DNA of 23,397 bases from positions 1 through 23,397 of IMG/VR virus record IMGVR_UViG_2645728091_000017; one strand, written 5' to 3'. A program made the translations under genes and the position numbers. The notes beneath the pieces are model-generated. The model was given only the letters and a program-made list of their open reading frames with translations. It was not told the origin of the DNA and did not search any database. Positions within the stretch are counted from its first letter, which is position 1, and each line of letters begins with the position of its first letter. This DNA is from a virus (Duplodnaviria > Heunggongvirae > Uroviricota > Caudoviricetes). Shown here in pieces: positions 1-8,882 of the stretch.

Positions 1-717
1 ATGCTGATTGTATCTGTTCTCAAATGCGGTAAAGAATTTACCCCCAAACACGCACAATGGCTGCATAGCCAATTTAAAGGCATACCTTCAATTTGCTTAA
101 CTGATGCTGGAAGTATCCCTGGTGTTGAAACCGCACCGTTAATGCATAACCTTCCAGGTTGGTGGTCTAAGATTGAGCTTTTTAATCCAAACCATCCGGT
201 AATAGGTGATAAGGATCTGCTTTATTTTGACGTTGATGTTGTCATAACTGGTGATATCAAAATCTTTGATGCGGCGAAAGAGTTCACTATGCTGCGTGAG
301 TTTAACCACCCTTCCAGGGTTAACTCATCCATTATGTTCATTCCTGCGTCTATCAAACAATATGTTTGGGATGCGTTCTGGACTGACCCCGAAAAAAATA
401 TGCATGAATGCCAAACAGAAGATAAATGGGGTGATCAGGGATTTCTGGGCAGCGTCATGAAACCTGTATTGTGGCAAGATATAATTCCCGGCTCTGTTGT
501 TAGTTACAAATGCCATATAGCCACACGCAAAATGATAGGTTACAACCCTGACTTGGCATCAGATTATGCTACTGGCAAAGTTCCTGATGATGTTTCAGTT
601 GTATGTTTTCACGGTAGTCCTCGCCCATGGCGAACAGGGTTCAGTTGGGTTCCTTCCTTTTCTGTACGCGATACCCTGTATGGTAAATTCAAAAATTTTA
701 AACTCAGTTTGAAGTAA
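1..717 (+). CDS. Hypothetical protein, AT-rich moron; possible DxD-motif glycosyltransferase-like enzyme (speculative). May be 5'-truncated by the window edge
   Basis: 238-codon ORF on the strand opposite the late operon, visibly lower GC than the structural genes, followed by a strong intrinsic terminator. Contains LLYFDVDVVITGD (D-x-D-like). No family recognised with confidence. Confidence 0.35.
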   Translation: MLIVSVLKCGKEFTPKHAQWLHSQFKGIPSICLTDAGSIPGVETAPLMHNLPGWWSKIELFNPNHPVIGDKDLLYFDVDVVITGDIKIFDAAKEFTMLREFNHPSRVNSSIMFIPASIKQYVWDAFWTDPEKNMHECQTEDKWGDQGFLGSVMKPVLWQDIIPGSVVSYKCHIATRKMIGYNPDLASDYATGKVPDDVSVVCFHGSPRPWRTGFSWVPSFSVRDTLYGKFKNFKLSLK

Positions 718-758
718 TTTTTTTCAGTTGTTCTATAAGAAAAAATTTCTATCCATCC

Positions 759-789
759 CGCGCCACATCTGATGTCGCGGTTTTTTTTT
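759..789 (+). terminator. Rho-independent terminator downstream of ORF 1..717
   Basis: Imperfect GC-rich hairpin CCGCG(CC)ACATC-T-GATGTCGCGG at 759..780 followed by a T9 run at 781..789. Confidence 0.6.
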
Positions 790-1193
790 ACAGAATACCC
801 CCCTTACTAACGATCCACAAACACCGCCTAAAATTTAATTTTTCTTTTATTTTCTGTGAGTTGTAATTTTACGCCGATCCCTCACAGATCCTTTTTACTG
901 AAAAAAAATGAAATTTCTTTCAATCATTTCAGTTTCTGTTCTCCGCAAAGCCGCCAGTAATGGTGCGGTCTGGCGCTCTGGTTTGTAGAAAAATAAAACT
1001 GAAAAAATTTCCAGATCCAGAAACCGCAGGCGGGTGCGGTGTAGTGCCGTTTTTGTCTGCGAAAGATTTATTTTGTCTGCATGTGGCTACCTCAGAGCGT
1101 CGCTGTGAATTTGATCTTATTGCGGTGTCGCAGTGGTTTCCCTAGTGTTGTCCCGCCTGCTGAGAGCGTTCTGTGCGGTCTGGTGGTGGGTAC

Positions 1194-1215
1194 AAAAAAA
1201 CCCGCACAATGCGGG
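1194..1215 (-). terminator. Rho-independent terminator for the minus-strand operon end
   Basis: On the minus strand, hairpin CCCGC-ATTGT-GCGGG followed by a T7 run (plus strand shows AAAAAAA then CCCGCACAATGCGGG), about 40 nt past the stop at 1258. Confidence 0.55.
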
Positions 1216-1257
1216 TTAAGGTGTGTTCAATTCATATCAACCGATATAAGAACGTAG

Positions 1258-1590
1258 TTACTGACAGGCTTTTTGTCCAATGTAGTATGCAATTGAGCGG
1301 TCAACTATAGGGGCCATATTTGGATCTGGTGCCGAGTTATTCATCTGCTCGATGGTCTCACCGTCTCCAAGATATTTAACTGTCCCGGCAGTACAGTCGT
1401 ACAGCCGCTTTGAATATGATGTTCCAGAAGGCCCCTTTCTTTCGGTTGTTATAGTAGCCATGCTGCCGTCGCGAGTCTTATCTAAAATCGTGTAACTAGC
1501 CTTCGTATCTGTTGGCACATAAACAACCTCAGCCGCAAACACATTGAATGAAACTGCTGCTCCTACAGCTAATATAATGAAATTTTTCAT
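1258..1590 (-). CDS. Small secreted or periplasmic protein of unknown function (moron at the distal end of the tail operon)
   Basis: Internal Met gives MKNFIILAVGAAVSFNVFAA-EVV, a typical Sec signal peptide, preceded by an AGGA/AGGG Shine-Dalgarno-like stretch. Mature part about 90 aa with two Cys. AT-richer than neighbouring genes. The ORF track's longer N-terminus (to 1650) lacks signal-peptide logic. Confidence 0.45.
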   Translation of the reverse strand: MKNFIILAVGAAVSFNVFAAEVVYVPTDTKASYTILDKTRDGSMATITTERKGPSGTSYSKRLYDCTAGTVKYLGDGETIEQMNNSAPDPNMAPIVDRSIAYYIGQKACQ

Positions 1591-1680
1591 ATCCCTATTC
1601 CTATCATTTGAGTATGCAATAATCCTATCAAGGAACTGAGAAAACGACAAACCTCGCGTTTTGTGGGCTGTCTGGAATGG

Positions 1681-3384
1681 TCAGGCAATGATGTTCTGGT
1701 ACTTGCTCCGGGTCTGTCCGGCCTTTGTCGCCGTCTGGGTAAATGCTCCGGCATTGGTTGGCGTACCAACACTGGGGTGCGAATGGCTTGCGCACTGCTG
1801 CGCCAGTTCTGCCAGTAAATCAATGGTGTCCAACATCATGGTCAGCGTGTTTATACTCTCACTGCCGATATGGACGGTTGGCCCCATAATCTGCTGACCG
1901 CCCGATGCCACCGATTTGCGTAATGCAGCAATCTTTTCAGTCAGGGTTCCCCCCACATCAACATCTACGGCTCCCGCCACATTAGTGGACTGTTTCCCGA
2001 TTATCTCAGTTTCATCATTCCCTTCAATACTGGCCAGCCTGTTACCTTTCACCGCCTGGCTATAGTCACCAGCACTTACCTGCTGGATGGCTCCGGCCAG
2101 CAGTGTGGCGGTTCCCAGTACCGTGGTTTTATCCGTGGCTTTCACCGTGGTTTCACGGCTGACCAGTTCGCGCTGTTCCGTATCGGCTTTTACGGTTCGC
2201 GCCATCGATGTTTCACTGATGGTCTGATCGGTCTGCCTTACCCAGTCACCCGCCTGAGTCACCCTCTGAGATACTTCTTCCCGCTGCTGCTGTAATTGCT
2301 CACCGGGTTTAACGTCCGGCAGGCTGGTACCATCCGGCAGCGTCTGCCTGATAAAGGGTTTATCCGGTCTGCCCCCCGTGAATGCAACCTCAACCAGCGT
2401 CCCTTCTGGCGGAAACTGAAACATACCCGAATCATTCCCGGCCATCGGTACCGGCAACGGCACCGCTGAATAAACAGGCGTCTGATTGTCCGGGTTTCCG
2501 TCTGCGTCAAGCAGCTGCACGTCCACGGCGTAACGTGGCCGGAAGGGATCGGCAAAGTTACCGCTTTTTACCGGCTCTGAATGCGCCACGACTCTGGTCA
2601 TCTTTGGCAAATGAAGCCCGGATGCCAGTTCCGGGTAATGGCTTTCAATCTGCCGTTGCGCCGGTGTTTTCTGCAAAGGTTTACCCGTTGCGCGGTTTCT
2701 CGGCGTCCATGTGATCGCCATCGTGTCATTCGTCAGGTGAACTTTAGTCACGCGTTCACCGTTCATCTCCACCCCTGGCCGCATAGTCTGGATCACTGGT
2801 AATGTCACAGAGTTACCGCCAGCAGCCCCCTGGCTGAACTCTGACGGGATTTCTACAGGACGACCGGCAAACAATGACTTTTCTGCGCCGCCGACGTAAA
2901 GCGAACCATCAGGCAACTGGTACCAGATGTAATCCTGGATACTGAACGCCCTGCCCAGATTGTTCAGCAACTGATAACCAGTACCGTTATGGGTAAAATG
3001 TGGGATGGGGGTATCGCTGTACTGTGCATCAGGCACACTGACTGTGATCCCGCTGTTTTCTTCCAGCCAGCCCGCAATTTCACGCAAAGTCGGGTGTTGA
3101 AACGAACATGGCCACATCCTCTCAAACACACCTGCCAGCTCACGAATGAACAGACGCTGAAAACCGTTTTCAGCGGGCTGCGATCGCTCCACATACCCCG
3201 TAAACCAGCGCAAAAGCAGATCGGTATACCCCACATCCAGCCGCACCAGTTTTCCGGTGTAATCGGTTGTTGTCTCTGCGGTGATGAAGCCCCGGCCGCA
3301 GCTGTTCAGCTCCAGTACCAGGCTGGCATCCACCAGGTGAACTTCATCCGTTGAAAGATAAAGGCGTTTTACTGGTTTCATCAT
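1681..3384 (-). CDS. Late-operon protein, 567 aa, function unassigned (position suggests a tail or baseplate component, possibly gpD-like hub)
   Basis: Long ORF with high GC; its start overlaps the stop of the upstream gene at 3384. No diagnostic motif recognised; assignment is positional only. Confidence 0.5.
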   Translation of the reverse strand: MMKPVKRLYLSTDEVHLVDASLVLELNSCGRGFITAETTTDYTGKLVRLDVGYTDLLLRWFTGYVERSQPAENGFQRLFIRELAGVFERMWPCSFQHPTLREIAGWLEENSGITVSVPDAQYSDTPIPHFTHNGTGYQLLNNLGRAFSIQDYIWYQLPDGSLYVGGAEKSLFAGRPVEIPSEFSQGAAGGNSVTLPVIQTMRPGVEMNGERVTKVHLTNDTMAITWTPRNRATGKPLQKTPAQRQIESHYPELASGLHLPKMTRVVAHSEPVKSGNFADPFRPRYAVDVQLLDADGNPDNQTPVYSAVPLPVPMAGNDSGMFQFPPEGTLVEVAFTGGRPDKPFIRQTLPDGTSLPDVKPGEQLQQQREEVSQRVTQAGDWVRQTDQTISETSMARTVKADTEQRELVSRETTVKATDKTTVLGTATLLAGAIQQVSAGDYSQAVKGNRLASIEGNDETEIIGKQSTNVAGAVDVDVGGTLTEKIAALRKSVASGGQQIMGPTVHIGSESINTLTMMLDTIDLLAELAQQCASHSHPSVGTPTNAGAFTQTATKAGQTRSKYQNIIA

Positions 3385-3929
3385 TAACCCAAAGCATCAT
3401 TGACGGGCTTCAGCACTTTGCGTTCAAACCACGTCAGTTTTTCTTCATCTTCTCCGGCAGACTGGCCACCGTTCTGTCCCGCACTACCGGCAGTCTGTTT
3501 TTTTGCGGTCGTCTTACCTGTTGCCCTGGCCTCTCGCTTTTCCTGCACGCTGATATGTTCCGCCAGTGTGAATGTCACCAGCCAGGACATTTTCCCGTCC
3601 TGCTGGGGTGCATCCAGCATTCCGCTGAACGTTGCTTCACGAAAGTTAACAGCACGGGCAACTTCATGCGCCACACGGTACTTCTGACGATTACCACTGG
3701 CATCGGTCGCACTGGCCAGCTCAAAAATACGCTTCAGAATTTCAGGCTGTTTAAAAGGTATTTCACCGCTGATCCGCAGTTCCTTTCCCTTTGCTCCCTG
3801 CTCTGATTTTGTTGTGGCGCTGGTCTGGCCGGACTGATCTTTATCCTGAAATTGCTGTGAAACAGTCACCCGCATGTTTTTCAGCTGGATGGCCTCGCCA
3901 TTAAGCGCCAGTGTCGGGATCGAAGTCAT
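3384..3929 (-). CDS. Late-operon protein, 181 aa, function unassigned (possible tail protein)
   Basis: ORF translationally coupled to both neighbours; charged and Gln/Ala-rich C-terminus. Family not recognised. Confidence 0.45.
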   Translation of the reverse strand: MTSIPTLALNGEAIQLKNMRVTVSQQFQDKDQSGQTSATTKSEQGAKGKELRISGEIPFKQPEILKRIFELASATDASGNRQKYRVAHEVARAVNFREATFSGMLDAPQQDGKMSWLVTFTLAEHISVQEKREARATGKTTAKKQTAGSAGQNGGQSAGEDEEKLTWFERKVLKPVNDALG

Positions 3930-4662
3930 GAATCATTCCCTTTATTCCATCAAGATTATCGCCAACCAGCATCATGGCAGCGGTGTAAACGGCAGACTGC
4001 TGCGGAATGTCCTTCATCAGTTCCAGTAACGTGGTGCCGGTATCTCCGCTGGCAGTAAAAACCCACGCTCTGGCACTCTTTCCCTGTAAATCATTCAGGC
4101 CGCTGGCCACATCTCTGATAAGCTGGTCACGCAGCTGCGTGAACTCGCCCAGCTGTTTTTTCAGCCCTTCGATATCAAACCCGGCACACGCCGCCTTTTG
4201 TGCCTGGCTGATTGCCATAGCAGATAAAGCTGCCCTGCTGGTTGGTACAGACAGTGGAATGGACGCAGGTAACGCTGCGGCGGCTTTCGCCGGGATCTGC
4301 ATCTTTTCAATAGCCAGCGCTGCGAAGGATTGCGCCAGCCGTTTTACCTGCGTGAATGCCGGGGCGGGGAAAATCCCGACCAGGTTATTCAAGCTGGCCA
4401 TAAAGTTTTCCTGCGTCTGTCCGGTGACCATCATAATCACCACGTCCGCATTCCCCCCCGTTCCGGCCAAGCGTTCAGCAAGATAGCGAACGGCATTAAC
4501 CGGGCTGAGATATGCCCCGTTCGCAGTCTGCTGTCCCAGCCCATAAATCCACGGATGCGCAGGGACGATCGAACAGTTCAGCGCAGCAACAGAATCCGTG
4601 AAGGCCAGACGTGCTTCACGCCACATTTCCAGGCACCTCCGGCCACACAATTTCCGGTGCAT
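3901..4662 (-). CDS. Late-operon protein, about 240-253 aa, function unassigned
   Basis: ORF immediately downstream of the tail fiber assembly gene in the same operon. True start may be the internal Met of MWREARLAF. Family not recognised. Confidence 0.45.
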   Translation of the reverse strand: MHRKLCGRRCLEMWREARLAFTDSVAALNCSIVPAHPWIYGLGQQTANGAYLSPVNAVRYLAERLAGTGGNADVVIMMVTGQTQENFMASLNNLVGIFPAPAFTQVKRLAQSFAALAIEKMQIPAKAAAALPASIPLSVPTSRAALSAMAISQAQKAACAGFDIEGLKKQLGEFTQLRDQLIRDVASGLNDLQGKSARAWVFTASGDTGTTLLELMKDIPQQSAVYTAAMMLVGDNLDGIKGMIHDFDPDTGA

Positions 4663-5207
4663 CTTCCGGTTGAATACGGTTCAGTAAAACGCGGTATTTT
4701 TTCCATGCGGTAAGCAGCAGTGCTTCTTCTTCGGTCGCCATGTCTAAATCAACGGCATCCTGCAATGTGGCAATGGCGTCACTGGCCTGTTTAAGCAGTC
4801 TTTTCTTTTCGGCATCTGCCTCGCTGACTAATGCAATTCGCATGGCCTCCGCATCATCCACCCACCCACGCCTTACCATTCCATTTTTGCCAGGCATTAG
4901 CCGGTGCTAACGTGGTTGTCCCTTCCGGGTACCCCCCTGGCTCGATGATCACCACTTCATTACCGTTTTCTGTATCAAACACCACCTCACCACGATGATC
5001 CTCACGGGAAATCCATCTTTGCTTCTCTGAATCAAAAATTGCCACAAACCCCGCTTTGATTACCGGTGGTTTTATTGTGGTGCAGTTGACTGGCAGTCCG
5101 GTATGCGCAGGTATAAAAGCATCACCCGAACCAATAAATTCATTCGTGTCTGAACGCAGGTTATAAACAGTAACTGTTTGATCGGTTTCACTCATTTTAA
5201 AAGTCAT
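4616..5207 (-). pseudogene. Tail fiber assembly protein (Tfa/gpG-like) split by a frameshift
   Basis: N-terminal part (4854..5207, MTFKMSETD...QKWNGKAWV) and C-terminal part (4616..4897, ...DDAEAMRIALVSEADAEKKRLL...) lie in different frames and together resemble one Tfa. The junction is in the repeat TGGGTGGGTGG (minus strand, about 4857..4868). Confidence 0.6.
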
Positions 5208-6781
5208 TATGCGAGTCTCACTATGTAGTTAAATGCAATATTCTTAACTGTCGTTTCTGTGTTACCCGACGCGGCGACGCTAATCGTGTGACTATGTGCG
5301 CCAATTGCTACGGTATGAGAGTGAGCGCCAATACCTACGGTGTGATTGTGTGCGCCAATAGCTACGGTGTGCGCATGGTTTCCCGCCGAACTTGTAGTAG
5401 TCGCGCCCTTATCCTGTCTGGGTACACCATAATCCGAACCGCCAGACTGCACACTAACGGCAAACCCGACAGTGTGCGTATGCGCCCCCGTTGTATTTGT
5501 CGTTTTCGTGCCATAGTCAAATGTGCTCGCCGTTTTAGTACCGTAATCAAATGAGGATGTTGATTTCGTCCCCAAATCGGTACTGGATGCACTGGCTGTG
5601 TGTGAGTGGGATTTATTACCATCATCTTCATAGGACAAAACTTCGCGGCCGTCTGGTTTCCCTTTGATTGTCCAGCGGCGCATGTCAGGAATAACACCCG
5701 ACGGATACGCGATGGCCAGTAAAGGATATGCAACCTTATCAAAAGATTGTCCCTGCATAATTGCCCACCCTACAGGCGGGATATTCGTTGGCCACGGAAG
5801 CGGCACACCAACCGGCAGAACATCACTACGACTTAAAACCGCCAGTTCACCCAGTTCCAGACTTTTTCTGGCTTTCGCTTTGTCGTTAACATCAGCAAGG
5901 TTTGCATCCTTACGCAAAAAATCGCTGCTGGCCTGCTGTTCTCCCAGGCTACCTTTTGGCCGTAGATCCGTGATGTTGCCATCCACATCAATGCTGGCCA
6001 CCGCAAACACATAATGCTGAACCCCGTTCTGAACGTAATCAGCAAGATTTGCAGCCACCGTGATTTTGCTCTGCACATTCCAGACACTGGTCAGCGTCCC
6101 TGTCCAGCACACATCCAGCCAGACTTTTACCGGCTTTGTCGTCACCGTAATATTCTGATTCGCAGCCAGTGACGCACGAAGTCCAGCCACATAACCCGTG
6201 CCTTTCGTGACAAAAAACTGATTGCCGGTTTTGGCTACCAGATACCCGTTACCAAAAAACGCAGCCGCACCATAGATATCCATATTTTCAAGGCGCTGGC
6301 GCTCATCCATTCCGGCCATACGCGCGGTGAAATCAATCTGCCAGGTCTCAGCGGGCGTATTAATCCCGGTTTCCGTTTGTGCGCCGTTGTACTCCATCAG
6401 AAACGAGCGGGTCAGCACGTTCCCCTGTTGCCCTTCTTTTGTTTTCAGTTTCTGCTGTGATGGTGCATGGACAATCATTGCCAGCGTACCGCTGGCCTTA
6501 TTGAGCAGACCGATCCAGTTAAAACTGAAATCACCCACATCTGCGCCCAGCACTACGGAATAAACCACCCCGTTTTCATTCACCACACCTGTGCGGGTAA
6601 CAGACTGCCGGTGAACAATCTGTGCTGTCGGGGGCAACGCTTCATTGCGATCAACAGGTGTATCCGGGTTTAAATCCGGCACACTGGCAAAAACAAATTC
6701 GTCCAGTAGTACCGGTTCACCCGTTGCGCCCTGCTGTGCTTTCCAGTTTTCAAACGCCAGTGTGATGGCTGTCTGTGACAT
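5207..6781 (-). CDS. Tail fiber protein (P2 gpH-like N-terminus; C-terminal tip with His-x-His repeats)
   Basis: 524 aa. Position between the baseplate genes and Tfa, with a 1-nt stop/start overlap (TAATG) with Tfa. C-terminus carries DYGTKT(A/T)S(T/S)F repeats and GAHxHTV(A/G)I repeats. Confidence 0.8.
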   Translation of the reverse strand: MSQTAITLAFENWKAQQGATGEPVLLDEFVFASVPDLNPDTPVDRNEALPPTAQIVHRQSVTRTGVVNENGVVYSVVLGADVGDFSFNWIGLLNKASGTLAMIVHAPSQQKLKTKEGQQGNVLTRSFLMEYNGAQTETGINTPAETWQIDFTARMAGMDERQRLENMDIYGAAAFFGNGYLVAKTGNQFFVTKGTGYVAGLRASLAANQNITVTTKPVKVWLDVCWTGTLTSVWNVQSKITVAANLADYVQNGVQHYVFAVASIDVDGNITDLRPKGSLGEQQASSDFLRKDANLADVNDKAKARKSLELGELAVLSRSDVLPVGVPLPWPTNIPPVGWAIMQGQSFDKVAYPLLAIAYPSGVIPDMRRWTIKGKPDGREVLSYEDDGNKSHSHTASASSTDLGTKSTSSFDYGTKTASTFDYGTKTTNTTGAHTHTVGFAVSVQSGGSDYGVPRQDKGATTTSSAGNHAHTVAIGAHNHTVGIGAHSHTVAIGAHSHTISVAASGNTETTVKNIAFNYIVRLA

Positions 6782-6791
6782 AAAAACCTCC

Positions 6792-7385
6792 TTACAAACT
6801 CGCGCTGAATATTGCGCTGCGGGCTTCCGTCCCTGCTAACGTCGCCGGGTAAACCATATATTCCCCCTGATCCCATCCAGCCCTGATAACCAGGCTTTCA
6901 GACGTGATCACCTCAAACTGATAACGGCGGCATGTTCGCCCGTACTGGCGGATTATCTGGATCAGCAGCTGCGTGTTGTCTGCAATCTGGCTGTCTGTAA
7001 CCCGAACAAGAATTACATCCCAGTCGATATCCGGTTGCCGTTCTAACAGCTCCACATAACCAATCCCCAGCCGTTCAAAGATATTGATAAACCCCTCTAC
7101 TGAACCGGCATCCCGCGCATTCACAAAGGCAAAAGCCACGCGTTTGCGGAACAGAGGCAACGGTTCACCATCAAAACGGGTTATATCCCGGTCATAAGCC
7201 AGCAGGTTCAGTAATGCCGGTGTACACGTCAGCGGATCAAACTGATTCGTTGGCCAGGTAACCCAGCCGTAAACCTCAGCCCAGAACCGCCGCGCCGTTT
7301 TCAGCAATTTCCCCGGTTCGCCTTTATTCATCCAGGAAGGCAAGACCATCCCGGCCAGCTTTTTCATGAACTCATTCATTCTCAA
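6792..7385 (-). CDS. Baseplate protein, P2 gpI-like tail protein I
   Basis: About 195 aa, located between the baseplate J-like gene and the tail fiber gene as in P2 (J-I-H order). Confidence 0.55.
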   Translation of the reverse strand: MRMNEFMKKLAGMVLPSWMNKGEPGKLLKTARRFWAEVYGWVTWPTNQFDPLTCTPALLNLLAYDRDITRFDGEPLPLFRKRVAFAFVNARDAGSVEGFINIFERLGIGYVELLERQPDIDWDVILVRVTDSQIADNTQLLIQIIRQYGRTCRRYQFEVITSESLVIRAGWDQGEYMVYPATLAGTEARSAIFSASL

Positions 7386-8558
7386 TATTCACCGTCAGTG
7401 ATTTCAGACGCGGCACGCTAAGTTCACTGGTAATGTCTCCCAGCGAAAATGTCAGTGATTCTGTCTGCGCAAAGGTTTTATGAATTTCCCGCCCCAGTTG
7501 CGAAAAGGAAAACCGTGAATATGGCCACGTCTTTCTGACGTCATAATCAGCATTTTCACGAAAGGCACAGCGGATCATGTTCTCAATGCCGCCCTTCAGC
7601 GTTTTCACCTCTTCGTCACTGAAGTTGTTTAGATTTTTGACATAAACAGTGACGGCCAGATCGTGAAGCGTTTCCGGCATGGGATAACACTGCATATCAT
7701 CACCGTGCCCGTGATGTCCCAGCGTGTTGATATAGTCATTCACCGCATCCACGAACGGCGCTGATGCCACCCCACTGTCCAGTAATAAAAAGGCGTTGGC
7801 TGTTCCTGGCCCCCTCGGTGCTTCATGCTCAAAGAAAATCCGATCTATACTCAGCCCGGCAACACTGGCGATCATTGAGCGATAGACCGCATCAGTGTGG
7901 TAATTCCCCACAAGATTAAACTGATTGCGGCAACGCTCGCGCAGTTCATCATCACTTTCCTCGTCAGCCCCCGGTACGGTCAGCCAGTTTTCCTCACTGA
8001 CCACATGGCTGATACCACTGACCGCCACCGGCAGAATGCGGTAATATCCAGGCGCAAGGTTATACGCGCCCCCGGTGCCGGTGGCTTTCACCGGCAGTAA
8101 TGCGCTGGCCGCACCGGAAGCGATCACCACATCCTCAGTGGTGGCCACCTCATAAACTCGCCCGTTAATGCGTTCTGTCTGGATAACCGTCCCGGCTTTC
8201 ACCGTCACCACAGCTTTTGCATCTTCTTTGAAGAAGCGGATCACCCCATGTGCAGCGCTCGCCGGTTTTGCCGTGACGTTCACCGCCCAGGCCAGCAGAC
8301 GCAACATGCTCCCGCTGGCTGTGGCCACAAACATATTGGCCAGCACGGTTAACACCAGAACGTCTTTAAGCCACATCACCGGGGCAGTCACAATGGCGGT
8401 GATTAATCGCCAGAACGGTGACATTCGGGATGTATTGGTGATAATTCCCTCATCTGCTGCAATTGCATTGAAGCGTTCCCGCACTTCGGCTTCCGTTACC
8501 GGCATACCGCTGTCTTTCACCACTTCTTCAAAATCAACCTGCGGTTTTTCCGTCATAA
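7372..8558 (-). CDS. Baseplate J-like protein (P2 gpJ / Mu gp47 family)
   Basis: About 395 aa with family-like composition, upstream of the gpI-like gene. Start is probably MTEKPQVDFEE, directly abutting the upstream stop; the ORF track extends it to 8610. Confidence 0.7.
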
Positions 8559-8882
8559 ATCCACCTGCGCAGAGATCCCGCCAAAATCGTATGTACTCGC
8601 GGTTACCCACAGCCGCTTCTGACTTTCTTCACTGATTTCCACCGTACCCGGCACAATGCGTTCATCATCTTCAATCAGTAATTCCATGCGGGTAAAAATA
8701 TCCGCTCTCATTGTCGGGCTACGTTCGGCGATTAATTCCGTCGCTAACCCGCTTTCAATAATGGAATGAATAATGTCCTGCCCGATACTTTTTCGGTTAT
8801 TACATAATTCAGGTTCATTACCGGTATTCAGAACAAAGTCACCGCCCTGAATCAGCAAGTCGATATAGAGAACATTACTCAT
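8553..8882 (-). CDS. Small baseplate protein (gpW/gp25-like or DUF2590-like)
   Basis: About 110 aa between the tape measure and baseplate J genes. Start MSNVLY overlaps the tape measure stop (ATGA) with GGAG 9 nt upstream. Confidence 0.5.
   Translation of the reverse strand: MSNVLYIDLLIQGGDFVLNTGNEPELCNNRKSIGQDIIHSIIESGLATELIAERSPTMRADIFTRMELLIEDDERIVPGTVEISEESQKRLWVTASTYDFGGISAQVDL

Noticed and set aside
790-1257. Possible tRNA gene or attachment site in the left non-coding region, including an 11-bp direct repeat GTGCGGTCTGG at 963..973 and 1174..1184 and the 61-codon ORF at 960..1145
   Set aside because: No cloverleaf-compatible segment was evident by eye. An 11-bp repeat about 200 bp apart is within chance expectation. 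The small ORF has no ribosome-binding site or recognisable features. Cannot be excluded without a tRNA scan.
1587-1897. Overlapping small ORFs (1587..1823 minus and 1661..1897 plus) at the end of the 567-aa gene
   Set aside because: They overlap better-supported genes in alternate frames and lack start-site context.
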